Shown here: in pieces, positions 11,331-24,441 of the stretch
Numbering within the stretch: position 1 is the stretch's first letter
Layout: each line of letters begins with the position of its first letter
Assembly (NCBI RefSeq): GCF_036321535.1
Contig: NC_087436.1
Coordinates: 89,716,001-89,780,000 of the forward strand
Length of the DNA: 64,000 nt
From: Camelus dromedarius
Taxonomy: Eukaryota
Reading direction: 5' to 3'
Position numbers and translations under genes: made by a program
The notes under the pieces: generated by a model
Database searches by the model: none
Told to the model about the DNA's origin: nothing
What the model saw: only the letters and a program-made list of their open reading frames with translations

Positions 11331-14300
11331 GTCACATAATTCTATTTTTTAAATTTACTATATTTGAATAACAGCTTAAGATAAATCATGCCAGTTTGCC
11401 TTATTTCCATTTTCTTAACTGAGGATATATTTTTTATTATATGTTAAAACTGTATTAAAAGTATTATAATTATTATTCATATAAGTTATTTTGATTTTAT
11501 CATATATAGCATTTCCTTTTTTATAGCTTCTGGATCTCTCTTGAACTTTTCCCTTTCTTCATGCATGTTGTATACTTTTTCATTAGAATTTAGATTTTTA
11601 TCATGGTGAATTTAGAGTCCATCTGGTCCATCTCTATGTCTGCTTTCATTGGCTATTTCCTCTCTTGATCATGAAACACATTTTCTTACCTTTTGTTGTT
11701 GTTGCTGCTCTTTGCTTGATTTTGTTAAGGATGGAACAGACGTAAATAACATCTCTCTCTAGTAAAGGGCTTGGTGCTTTTTGGACTTTATTTCAGTCAA
11801 GTTTCTTTGTGTTGCCAGCTCTTCAGTGAATTTTTAAAATGATGATTTTGTAACACTTGTATCTTGAAACTTTCAGCATTCAAATAGGTGCATGGATGTT
11901 GTAAATTATTCTGAAAAAATAGATTTTGAATGCAACATGTATTATCTGCAGATATGTAAACATATTTTCACACTGAAAGGTGGTGATGCCTGCAGCCTTT
12001 GTATCTTTTGAGGTGGGATGGGATAAAAGAGACAAGCAGATCAGTGTGAGATCAGCATCCCACAGTAGCAACATGAATGCCCACAGCAATTTGAAAGAAT
12101 GACATTGTCCTGGAAGTACAGATTGTAAAACAGCTTGACAGAGAGGATTTGCCATTAGTGATGCAGACAGTTTGTGTTTCTGTTCATGAGAGTTCATGTT
12201 CATAAATGCTGGCTTCAGGTTTTCAGTATTACAGACAGCAGTCGGCGCTCTGGATTGCATGCAGTTCATAAGTATCAAAAAACGGATGCTGATTTGAATC
12301 GTATAGGGAAAAAAATTAAAGATGAGAAAAGCCATATGCATAAATATTTATTTGGTAAAAATTACACTTTTAGTATTGAAAAATCTGACTCGGAAAAAAA
12401 TTACAGCATGTGTGAATCGGGTGTATATCGTTCTTTTATCACAGCCCAAATAATGGCCTTGTAAGCTCTTTTCAAATGCATCAGTGATATACGTGAAATT
12501 GGAATGGAAATAAGAGAACTTAACATAATTACATACTTCAGCTAGTTCAGTGAGCAGAAATTGTTGGCACCATCTTGCTACATTTTTCCAAACTGAAGCT
12601 GCCATGTTTTGTATTATGAGCAGTTCAGCAGCTTTGTGCATCTGTCCCTCCCCTCCAATTTAATTAGACTGTCTGTTGCAGACAAATCAGACTGTGGCTT
12701 CTTTTTTTTTTTTTTTCCACCCAACTGCTATAAATGCCAAGTCAAAATATGAATAAGAGAAAAACAAGATGTTCTGCAAACACATACCACTTTCCTAGGC
12801 AAAAACATGATAGGTGGATGTGCACACACTTTCCATGAGAGATGAGAGAAGCGAGGCCTGGAGGATGAGGTTATAAAAGGGTCAGATTGATGCGATCGTC
12901 TTTGTCGGCTCCAATAGAGCAGGGACTTGCTTCTTCCCCAGTGTAATCGTGCTCTGACACTGAAGCCAACACAGATTTATGATTACACATTCTCCTATCA
13001 TGAAGGGAGTGAGAATCACAGCAGGGGAAACACAAGAGACAAGTAAGTGAGAGATTCTTATAGAAATTTATAGTCCGATATGCTTTGCATTCCTGTGGAT
13101 GGTTTGAACTGTCATTCCCTAAGAGGTCAGTATAGTATCGCATTTTAATCATTTTAATAATCTGTAATAAGCCTGAAAAATAGTTGCCTTTACAGGAGGA
13201 GGATCTTATCTACAGGCAGCCGTTAGTTATACTCTGTGGAGGATAATTGCTGAATCGTATGGGATGCCTTTCTCTAGATTATTGTCCTAGTTAAACAGTG
13301 ATCCATAGAAAACACTGGGTCCTAAAGGTAAGTGTCACAGCAGACGTAATGCAAAGGCAAAGCGATGAAGTGGAAAAACTCTCCACAGGTAAGTAAAAAG
13401 CAGTGGTGTGTATCAGGGCAGATAGGTGACTGGGGCCAGGGCTTAGACACAACTGTGAACACAGTATAAATGAAGTCAGACAAGTCAGGCAAATGAAGTT
13501 CAAGGCTACAGGATGGCATGGAAGGCAAGAGGGTCTTAATTACCAGAGAATGTGAGAGTGGTGAACACAGTTCTTAAGCGAATAAGCCCCCCCCCCAATT
13601 CACCTTTCCACTGGACTTTATTAAGAAAACTGGAAAAACTAAGTCCTCCTTTTTGAGACCCTGACGTGAGATACCTGACTACCAAATTACCCCACTGCTT
13701 GCTTGATTTTTTTCCCTTAACAATTGCAATGCACTGCATGAAAACATCCAAACTTTCCCCACTCAATTTCCATTGGTATGTTGGTAAAAATTGTATTGAA
13801 AGTGAAGTTTCAGTTTGCATTCATGGGAGGAAATGTAGATAATTTGCTCATCTAGAAACTTACTATCTTTTAATTTGACTTTATTATATGTTTAATGCAC
13901 TTAGCAGATGAGGTCTTTGGACCTCCTTGCTATTTCTTCTTGGTAAATTTCTGATCACTAAACAACATGGTACTTCCTCTTATAAGCCTTCCTAATTCCC
14001 AAAGAATCAGTTATTTTGTAGTTACTTGTGCACATAATTCTGTTACAGGCACTATTATTTCCCAGAGTCCATCCACATTAAGATTTGTGATGCTAGTAGG
14101 TTTAATGTGATAAAGATAGATACCTGAATGGCAACTAAGCATCCAAGGGACAGAAAATTGCACACCTCAAGCCCAATTTATAAGAGGAGACCTTTTCTCC
14201 ACTTACACAGGCTGTGTTCCTCTGCAGAGAAAGGTGTCTTGTACGTCACCTTCCTATCTCATCCTTCCACCAGTCCCTGAAACAGACTCTTAGGATGAGT

Positions 14301-16399
14301 GTCATAAAAGACAGATAGGAAGAGCTTTTGACATTTGTCTTTGGGAATTTCATCTTATTTTCTGGTTTTTATTCTGCGGGATCTTGGCTTCTTATTACAG
14401 GCAACTCCTGGAGATTCTGCAACTTATAAGTGCTCCCAGGGGACCAGGTATTTCCCATATCATGGGAACAAGTATCAAAATATGAGTGTGTACTCATGTA
14501 AATCCTTCATAGCCAATTGAAGAAAGGTAAAAATTCACAACTTGAACAAAAAATTATATACACTTGATTTGCATCATATAGAAAGTTACCAAAATCCTTT
14601 GGGTCAAAAGAACATGCAGAGTGCTACCAATGGTCTTACTCTTAAGATAAGGAAATGAAAATGTTTAAGAAGAAATTGGCTACTAGGAAGGATTCTTCTC
14701 ACCTCGAAGACAGAAGAGAGGAAAGGAAGTTAGTCTGAGCATCCTCCCTTTTAAATTTGCCTTGGAATTTCCCTTAGTTTGGTCTATTGAAGTAACACTT
14801 GTAGGCATCTGTATTGGGAATATAGTAGTTTTTTTTTAAAAAAAAAAAAACCTTTTTGAAATGAAGGAATTGATAAATCTAGACCAGAAGGACCAGAAGG
14901 CTTAAGACATGTTATTCTTTCTTTACGATCAAGGATGTAAACAGTTCCTATTATTTTCAATTTGCAAATAGAGGGCTTTGTAAATTACAAAGCTGTTGAC
15001 CTGTAAATTAAAAGTAAAGTTTCAGAGATTCTTTCTATCATTAAAACTGTGATAACAACTGCCAATCTCTTAAACAGACAAAATTTTGGATTAAAAAAAA
15101 CCCTGAATGTTAATAGCTCCATTACTTGTGATAAGGGTTGATAATTCCACTAGTTCCATGGGCTTGCTCATTAAAATCATGTGCTGAAATATCTGAGATA
15201 ATTATATTATCAAAATTCTGGCACTTTTTCCTAAACATGTAAAACAAGGCACATATGCTAGGCAATGTGCTAAAAATCCAAAGTTTTATGGCTAATTTTT
15301 GCATTTTAACTATAACCCACTTAAGCCACAAAATTAAGTTTTGGATCACAAATAAATAGAGGCTTTGGCACTCTTCAGAGAATTCAGATTTGTCTTAAAA
15401 TCCAAATTCTTGTGAAGGCATCTCCATTATATAGAAAGTTTCCTACCAAATTCTATACAATAGTAAAATGATCTCTCTTTGAGTGATTAGTGTTATTGTG
15501 TTTACATGATATCATAAAAAGTTTTGAAAAAAAGATATTACTTCAGAAAAATATTATTCTACTTTTAAGATGCATTAAAAACTTTAAGGATACTGAAAAT
15601 TTAATTCTGTCTTTAAGAAAGCCCCAAGGTAAAAAGAGGTCAATATTGGAGAATGAGCCCTCATATTTTCTTTTAGAGATCTCTTTCCTGTGTTTATTAT
15701 AATGACAAGAAACTTATTTTAATAATAGCATTTAAGCACTGCACCTCTGATTATACCCCAGTATGTTTTTTCTATTTATGAATATTAAATAAGTTTATGT
15801 TCTCTTTTTGATAAGAGAATTCCAAAGTTAGACTTCGCATCTCTTTTAATCAGATCCTTCTAAATGGCTTTCTTTGACACATAATTTTTCTCACTAAACC
15901 TCTACCATCTTACTAAACTCCACTGAATTTTCCGATAGTTGTTTTTTTTTTTCCTAGATAGCGCAGTATGATTTTCCAGATTCACATTTATTTCCTTGCA
16001 CACTTCTGAAATGGAACTGAGTGGGTGTTTCAGTTCTGACTTCAACTTTCTATAATGGACCACTTAACTTAAATATATTTTCACTGGTGACTAACTACCT
16101 GGACCTTTGTCTCCCAACTCCTCCTCCCTCCCTCCCAACACATGGTTCACCAGATTTACTCATTACGTCCTGCATTGTTAGATCTAAAATATATTTACAC
16201 ATGGAAACGAAATGCGGCATAGGTATTTGGAATGCAAAATTATAATGTTTGAGGATTTAATCTTGCACCTGTATCTTAAATTTTACATTATAAAAATAGA
16301 TCAAATATTCCTTTTTTTCTCAAATGTATTGCATCTTTCATAATTTTTTGGAACATTGCTTTTTCTGTCTAAGATCTATTTCTCTTCTTTTTGTTTCAG

Positions 16400-16508
16400 G
16401 AACAGACCGGATAACTTTCCACTCAAGTGGCCATGAAGTTTAGGGTGCCTCATCAGAGAAACTCAAGTCCTTGGCTCATGCTCAGATCATATTATGGAGA
16501 CCGACATG
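16400..16508 (+). other. Candidate non-coding internal exon
   Basis: Acceptor TTTCTCTTCTTTTTGTTTCAG| and donor ATG|GTAAGA bracket 109 nt; stops in all three frames. No transcript evidence available. Confidence 0.3.
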
Positions 16509-16559
16509 GTAAGAAATGTGTAAGAAATGTTCTTCTGAGATGAAAGTGCCAAGGACCAC

Positions 16560-16800
16560 TTAAGTCTCAGTTTCCAGGAGATAACTTAGCTACTCCATGG
16601 ACAGAGTCAGATGGAGAATGATGCCAACAAAGTAGAACTGAAAAATGGACAGAAAATTTTAAGACCTGGCTGATGGCTTTTGAAACTCTGGATTCAGCTT
16701 TACTTGAAAACTATTCTTGAACTTTTCAGTTATATAAGCCAAACAACTCTTTGTTGTTGTTGTTCAAATGAATTTTTGTTATGTTTCTGTCACTTGCAGT
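16560..16800 (+). mobile_element. Old MaLR LTR fragment (MLT1J/K/L-like)
   Basis: 3' end CTTGAACTTTTCAGTTATATAAGCCAAACAACTC...TTTCTGTCACTTGCAG is typical of old MLT1. Confidence 0.6.
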
Positions 16801-17254
16801 TAATATTTTAATGATTTCAGTTACTCTAATGGATGATGATGATGAAGGTGATGATATAAAAAAAGCAACAAAATGATAAACATGAGCTTAAGGAATTATT
16901 TTTCTTCCCTTGTTATAAAAATAAGATTTACAGAAATTTTTAAACTTATGTTTTATTTGAATCATTTTTTCCTAAGCTAGGTTTGCAGAGACATTGCCAA
17001 TGAGCCCCCACAAACAATTAAACATTCTACTGTGTAGAATATTGTACAGCATGTTCAATTCTCCCACCGCAGGGGTATCTTCAGCACATGAACGTATGGC
17101 TGTTAATTCTTAAAGTTCAAGTAGAGAATGTCAAAAGAGCACTAAATTTTTTTAGATGTCTCAACTCAGATTGTAATTCTACTTTTTATGAAGGAAAAAC
17201 TTCAGAGACTTTATTGTAGATAATATTTGTGAACCTTTATGTAAAGTCCTCTGA

Positions 17255-17388
17255 TTCTCTCTGTTTTTATCATAGGTTAAATGGATGATAATAGTATCTA
17301 AAGATAGGGAGTTGGGATTAATTAAATGACACAACACTTGTGGGCACAATTGTGCACCTGACACATAGAAGCCACTCAATTATATTTC
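17255..17388 (+). mobile_element. MIR fragment
   Basis: AAATGGATGATAATAGTATCTA...GGATTAATTAAATGA...CCTGACACATAGAAGCCACTCAAT. Confidence 0.6.
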
Positions 17389-18759
17389 AACTCTTGTGGT
17401 TCTTTGAGCTCAGGGCCAATCTAAAGCAGAGGTACACAATAAAAGAACAATGTGTTTTTTAAAAAATGTATAGTTAATGTCTGGGTCACAATTGTTAATA
17501 AAAAGACATTTTTTTCCCAATATGGTCTGTATTGCCAACTGCACAGAGCACGTCTATGTACAAAGGTGAAGGGCACAGAATGTTTAGCGGCAGCCATGGT
17601 ATTGCCCCTGTAGGATGACAGACAGGCATCAAAATGATAGATCCATTAGGTCTTTGCACATCATTGAAAGAAGCAAAAGAGGAAAGCAAAGCTCTTGTTA
17701 TGCCCCAAAGTGTGCGATGGTAAGTGCATATAGATATGGAATTTACAAACTTTAAAGACACTTAGAGAACCACTAGCGAACTTCTTCCCCACTTCTCACT
17801 CCCTACCACCATAGTGGATGCTGCCCATCAAAACATAAAATGATGAACCTAATGCTCTGACTTCTGAAGGAATAGAATAACAACCAAAGTAAATTAGACT
17901 ATGAAATGTTTGAACACTTTGGACCATTAAGACGGGAAGAAAAAGCTCAACATAGCTTGTAAACAATACCCCAGGGCTTATACGAAGTCAACAATGGGTA
18001 ATTTAGCACCAGCAGTAAAACAGATTCCACTTTGTTTTGTTACCTCTGAGAAAATGCATGTGAAATGAGAAACATGAAATGGAACCAAAGCACGTCACTC
18101 ACATTACAGGCTCCCTTTGTGCGAACGTGCATGTTCCTTGAAGTCAAATATGTAAACGTAAACCTCTTCTCAGGACTCTTCTCATAGGAGGTAGGTGGCC
18201 ACAGAGCTTTACCAGAAGAGATTTGGTCTTGAGAATGTTAGCAATGCCCCTTTCCTCATCCCTGATCCACAAAAGCTTGGCTGAACATGCAGAAATGCAA
18301 GATTATCTTATCTATTCCTAGGGACAGAACACTGATTTAGTACGTTTACCAACATGCATGTGTCATATGTGCTGTAAATCACTGTTTCTTAGACCTCTGA
18401 CCTTGCAGGATATAAAACAAAGCTCATGTCAGAAATAACACTTACATAACTAGCATCTGCAAAGAGCTTTCACATGCATTGCTCAGCTTGCCTATAAACA
18501 TATCATAACTGGTCAGAAACCATCACATAGTTATCCAGATTCATTTTTCTTATATAATGTAATTATTGATGCCTTACTCCTGTGTCAGTTCCATTCAAAC
18601 TATATTGATATGAGCTTACTCAATGCCAGGAACTAAGTATTGGGAGGGTGGGATGATGATACTGATAACCCGGATCATATAATAATGATCACAAAGATGG
18701 TAATGCTGGCTGTAGCATTTATTAAACAGTTTCCAGGTGCTGTGTTCTCATATATACTA

Positions 18760-19830
18760 ACTAGAATTTGTTCCTGGATTCTCTAGTCTGTTTTAATGCT
18801 TTATTTTTCCATATCAAGGCCAATGATATGTTAAGTACATAGGCTTTTTAATGAGTTGTGATATCTGATATGAAAGTTTCTGTTCACTATTCTTTTTCAA
18901 AATGTTCTTGGTGATTCTTAGACATTTATTTTTCCATACAAACTATAAGGTCTTTTATTTTTATTTTTCAATTTCCTTCAAAACACCACCCTTCCTTCCC
19001 CAGAAGTTCAGCTCTGTTGGGGTTCTATTATAATTATATTAAGATTTATTGTTAATATTGGAACCACTAACATATTCATGATATTAAGACTTTTGTTCAA
19101 GACTGTGATAGGGCTTTAATTGGTTCATTGTGTTTTATGTCCTACAATAAGATTTTACACATGTAGATGCTATGCCTTTACTATTAAATTCATTCATATG
19201 CATTTTACAATTTTTGTTGCTAATATAAATGAAAAATGTTTTTCTTCTTTTTTGCTAGGTGTTTGTTGCTAAATTAGACACAATATTGAATTGCTAATTT
19301 TTGTTTATCAAATGTGTAGGCCATTAATTATCTTGTTTATTCTATCAGTTTATTTCTTAACAAGAGTTCTTTGTTTTTATCTATTTAAAAAAATCAAATC
19401 ATGCACAAGTCTTATTTCTAATATTTCATTTTATGAATATTAGAAATATTAGTTATTCTATTGTATGGTTGTATTTGCTACAAAATCTGAGGCAGTACTG
19501 ACTAATAATGGTGATGGTGAGCATCCGTGGATAGTTCCTAAATTTAAATGAAATGGTTTTGGTTCTTTATCTATGGCAATAATTGTTGATTTTGGTAAAG
19601 TCTTTATTTTATTTATGTAATTTTCTTTAGCTCCATGTAGTTATAATTTTTATTAGAAGTTTCTTAAAAATGAATGTATATGTATTTGTCACATGGTCAT
19701 ATTAATTTTACCCCTAACCATGTTGATGTAGTGAACTATGTTGATGGTTTTATGATAGCATTCTGGAGATTAACCCTACTTGGTCATGGTGTAATAATAT
19801 TTTGATATGTTAATAGTTTTCTATTTGCTG
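18760..19830 (-). mobile_element. Ancient L1 ORF2 fragment (L1ME-type)
   Basis: Antisense L1 ORF2 text, e.g. TTCTTTTTCAAAATGTTCTTGGTGATTCTTAGACATTTATTTTTCCATACAAAC and AACCCTACTTGGTCATGGTGTAATAAT. Confidence 0.75.
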
Positions 19831-20492
19831 GTATTTAATTTACGACATTTGGAAGGAAGCTGTGGGAGTCTTACTAGCAGCATTAACCAGGAACACCAGG
19901 GAGTTTTCCAGAATCTCACCAGGCTCTGGCGGCCACTCTCCATCCCACCTGTGGTGGTGTGGAGGCCACTACACTTGCCTGTCAAAATGCGTGCCCTGGA
20001 TAAACACAACTCTTCACCTGGTCTGCACCTCCTCTGACCCTCTTTGTCATTTTTTATTGTGAACACTAATCTCAAGGAGGCCTTTAGGGCTACCTGGAAA
20101 TCCTACTAGAGTTTCTTAATCCATTCAACATTTTACCACTCTACTGGTTATCTATTTCATATCCAGTTCTGTATTTCCAAATCTAGAACCAGCTCCCAAA
20201 TACTGATCTTAAGTGGTTTATATTTGATAATTGAAGGAAGAGTAGTTACATTGAGATCGCAACATTCCCATAGTTTCATGCTTACAAATGTTCTAGGATA
20301 CTTTCTGGGTTGCTTTTTCTCATATTCAGATTATGAACAAAGGGCCATTATACTAGGATGTGGTTTAAGGAAAAGTGATGCATACAAACAGAAGAAAAAA
20401 TGGTCTCTCTTTTTCCATAATTTCAAACGAGCAGAGCGACTTTCAAAGGTTTAAACAAGCATCATTAAAAATTTTTGAAGACAGATTTGACA

Positions 20493-20715
20493 AATAATAG
20501 CTAACACTTAAACCCAACACTTTGTACGGACAAGCACTGTTCTCAAAACTTTATATACGGTATTTGGTTTAATCCACATACTGGCTTCATGTATTGGATA
20601 CTATGTCCACATTCTGTAATAAGGAAGGGGAGTCACAAGGAAGTTAAGCAATTTGCCCACCGTCAAACAGTTACCAAGAGGAGCTGGCAGGACTTGATCA
20701 CAGGTAGTTTGGCTC
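20493..20715 (-). mobile_element. MIR SINE
   Basis: AATAATAGCTAACACTTA...AAGCACTGTTCT...GAAGTTAAGCAATTTGCCCA...GGACTTGATCACAGGTAGTTTGGCTC. Confidence 0.75.
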
Positions 20716-21762
20716 ATTCCTTCTGAGGAAGAACAGGGGAGGGATGGGGGGCACGAGAGGAGAAATCAAGGGAAATTACTCCTTATAGAAATCAGAAGTG
20801 GGGAAAATAGTCATCCTGTTTTTTATTCCTATGAACATGTGGTGTTTAACAAAAGGAGGGTTTGTCTGTCTATCGTCTCCCAAAAGAAGTGATCCCCATT
20901 GTATTTGGACGGTCTCCCATTTTCAAGATGTCTCTCCTGTATACTAATTACTTCTCTTTAAAGAATTTGGTTAGGATCAGTGTGGACCATAAGCATTTTG
21001 CCTCCAAAATTCTGAAATGGATTAAAATCATGCATTAATTAAACTTACTCCAAGTCCACTCAGTTCCCAAAGCTCATATTCACTTCGTATTTGATTTCTT
21101 ATCCAATAATATGCCCAGCTATATAACATACTATATTAGAGAGACTTCAGTGAGATTAAGTGAGTTAAGGTATTCCAAGATGCCAATGTCAAGATGCTAA
21201 CATTTGAATGCAAACTATTAACTTCTCAGAAAGAAATCAAAACACAACATACAGCCCACTTTCATACCCAAGACATTCAGTTCTCTTACACTTTTCATAA
21301 AAAATTAAAGGAATACAAGTGCAGAATTCATTGTCTCCAACTTCTTCAGTTCAGTTCTGGCTACAATGACTCTTCATGCTTTGGCGGACCTGGGTTCTAT
21401 CAACAGCTACAGCTTGTGCTGTTACTTTCTGGAACAAGTCAAAGCCTTTTAATGATCTGAGAAGCTGTTAGTTCAACCACAATTTGTAATGCCTCACTTT
21501 GTAAAGAGTTCAAAGAGTTAATAAGATACCAAAATGATCATATTCCTCAAATTAAGGTAACAAGCCAATCCTTACTTCTAAAAACAGTTATTCCAGAAAA
21601 AAAGATTATTCCTAGAACTTGATATTTAATGATGCCAAAGACCAGAGAAGAAAATCCTTTTGAGTGAAGGAGAAAATGTTCTTGACAGCAGCCTTGCCAG
21701 GACACCACTCAGTCTGTTCTAGATGCTCTAAATCCATGATTTGTGGATTTAAACCCAACTAA

Positions 21763-21868
21763 GGGGGAGGGTAAAAACTCAGTGGTAGAGTGCATGCCCA
21801 GCATGCCTGAGATCCTGGGTTTTATCCCTAGTACTTCCATCAAAAACAAAACCAAAAACAAACAAAAA
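21763..21868 (+). mobile_element. tRNA-derived SINE (camelid-type), short-tail copy
   Basis: GGGGGAGGGTAAAAACTCAGTGGTAGAG...CCTGGGTTTTATCCCTAGTAC with degenerate A/B boxes, followed by a (CAAAA)n tail; imperfect TSD AAACCCAACT/AAACTCAATT. Confidence 0.85.
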
Positions 21869-22954
21869 CTCAATTGGGAGACCTCTTCCAGCAAGAAGTT
21901 AACTGGTTCTCAGCAATCACATTTCTGAGGGGATAATCCATTTACGCGCCTGGCCTCCTGTCTTGAGAGTGACACTTGGCCTGCTTACGAAGTTTAGAAG
22001 TTTGCAAAGGTGGCTGCTCAGGCTCCAGGTGCACATTCTCCTGTAAATACGCGTTTTCAGTCCTGAGCCCTTGTGGATATTTCCAGCGCTTCTTGCCAAG
22101 AAACCTGCCTCCCTAGTGAGGTTTTCTCCCTCAGCCTGGGGTGAGCCAATCTAATACCACCTGGAAACTGTTGGAAATGGGAAATGGTTTTGAGTTTATA
22201 GACAATCTTCAGGATTGGCTCTCCCACACTTATTTTCTTGGCCCAACACCTAGAATGGAATTTAGCACATCTGGTCCAGAGGTGTCTGGCGACAGTGATT
22301 TAAACCTAAATCTCACTTGTGCTTAGAGGCATAAGCAGAACTTTACTACCTGGCAATTGAGAAGCAGCCAATACTGTTTGGCCCACAAAGATCTAAGAGG
22401 CCAGGACTCTATTCCTTGCAATGGAGCATTTGCCTCAGTCATCTCGCCTAAGAAAAAGCTGTGTCTGCCAGGGAGGCTGCAGTGTCCTGAAGCTGGATCC
22501 CTGTCCTTTCTCGGCCCCAGCGCTTTGGTTCTTTGCCAAAAGCTGCACCTCTGCTGAGAGCAGAGTGGCCCCACCCCGCTTTGCTGAGGTGCCTGCATTC
22601 TGCCCCTCATTTCAAATCATCACTCACAGCCCCCCTCTCATTGACATCCCTCCTTGAGAACCTTTCCTGAAGTCCAGGGACCTTTGGTTAAATCTCTGCT
22701 TCTGGGAATATAGCCATTTGCTTTTGGACAAAAAAAAACCCCAAAAAACAAAAAACAAAAAACACCAGCTACAATAATCTGCTACAGCCAAAACTACTAT
22801 GAGGTTGGGTTAAAATATTTCAATTTACTCTACGATGGAATGTAAAAATTCATCTGGACTTAAAATTGGCTTCTTCAAATCATCAGGGTGAGAATACCAA
22901 GGCCCACCCACACACCCTTAAACCCCTTTGCTCCTCCATGTATTCCACCATTTT

Positions 22955-23156
22955 TTAAATTGAAGTATAGTTGATTTACAATATTGTGTTAGCTTCAGGT
23001 GTACAGAGAAGTGATTCAGTTATACACGCACATACACACATAGACATGCATATATATGTGTATATATATATTATTTTCAGATTATTTTCTATCATAGGTT
23101 ATTCCAAGATATTGGATATTATTTTTTTTTGTGTGCCATAGAGTGGGTCCTTGTAG
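22955..23156 (-). mobile_element. L1 3' end with TSD
   Basis: ATTGAAGTATAGTTGATTTACAATATTGTGTTAG...; TSD ATTCCACCATTTT (22942-22954) / ATTCCATCATTTT (23157-23169). Confidence 0.9.
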
Positions 23157-23183
23157 ATTCCATCATTTTGGTCTTAATTTTCT

Positions 23184-23260
23184 CTTCTTTCACTTCTTTG
23201 TTTAAATTTTTTTGTTGAAGTGTAATTAGTTTACAATGTTGTGTTCATCTCTGCTGTACT
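23184..23260 (-). mobile_element. Very short L1 3' stub
   Basis: TTGAAGTGTAATTAGTTTACAATGTTGTGTTCATCTCTGCTGTAC with a T-rich tail; probable TSD GGTCTTAATTTTC / GGTTTTAATTTTC. Confidence 0.7.
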
Positions 23261-24332
23261 GGGTTTTAATTTTCAGTATTTCAGGCTGATATATTTACTG
23301 TCATGGTATTGACAGAAAACTACACAGTTACTGTTGCCCCCCGCACCCTGGTATGGTCCGAAGGACGAGAAAAAAATAAAAATGGAGGCCAACATAATAC
23401 CAGAGACCAGGTTGATAAGTATGGCTCTCAACTGGCCAGCCAAATACTCCCCCTAATCTCAAATCTCAGAAATGAGAAGATTTACTCTCCCATCAAGGAC
23501 AACATAGAGGGATAGAGGAAAAACTGTGGGCTTTGAGGACAGGCTTGCGAGCATAAAAGAGTGAAACTGAACCAAGTCTACGACTCTCTCTCCCAAATTG
23601 ACCAGCTGTGCCACGTCGTGTCCACTGGGTGGAGAGAATGGAGAGGCGGTGAAGGGCCAAGTGTCCTAAGGGACACACAGCTGTTCTTGGAAACCTGGGG
23701 TGGAAACGTCATTCCCCTCCTGGCCAGAAAAGTCAGTAACACGCCCTAATCCTAGAACTCGCATAAGGAAGCCACGGATGCCTGGGTCTAAGACTCCTAC
23801 CGCTTTTAGGACAATCTGCTGTCTTTGTCTGCTGGTAAATTGACAACTCAGACTTATAAACCTTATTGGAATTATTAGTTGTCATTATTGTGGTTATGAG
23901 ATTACATTTCAAGTGTGAAATTCTCTGTATCTATTTATATCTCAAGAAATGACTTGCTAAGTTTACTTCATTTCCTGTTAACGCTTTTTGCTCTGAGGCC
24001 ACTGGCAACTTTTAAGTTGAAAGGCAGAATTATCCATTTAAATTTTTATTATGTGCTTTTGCTCATATCATGGACTAATAATTAAAATCAGTTCACTGGG
24101 GTTTGGGCAACATACGTGAGTGTCTTAAAATGGTTGAAATTATCTGCAATTAGAGTATTCCTTATTCAAGAGTTATTTTAGGAGTCACTGATTTTTAAAG
24201 TATTCAAAGTATATCAACTTTAATTTTTAAAAATATGATTAAAATATTGATCTTATAATAATAATGTCTAAGACTTTAAAAAGTGTGTTCATACACATCC
24301 ATTTTACTTTTATTTATTTAAATTTGGGGAAT

Positions 24333-24441
24333 TCCTTTTGTCTTTATTTGTCTGTTTGATGGGGGAGATCATTAGGTTAATTTATTTATTTTTGATGCAG
24401 GTACTGGGGATTGAACCCAGGACCTTGTACATGCCTAGCAC
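24333..24441 (-). mobile_element. tRNA-derived SINE (camelid-type), 5'-truncated
   Basis: ATTAGGTTAATTTATTTATTTT...GGTACTGGGGATTGAACCCAGGACCTTGTACATGC is the reverse complement of the SINE copies at 55111 and 55625. Confidence 0.85.

Noticed and set aside
11880..12341. Longest ORF (153 aa, minus strand)
   Set aside because: No recognisable domain or exon structure; not supportable as a CDS. The region is kept only as a CNE candidate.
21930..22700. Locally GC-richer stretch with a few CpGs
   Set aside because: CpG density is too low for a CpG island and no promoter or exon structure is evident.
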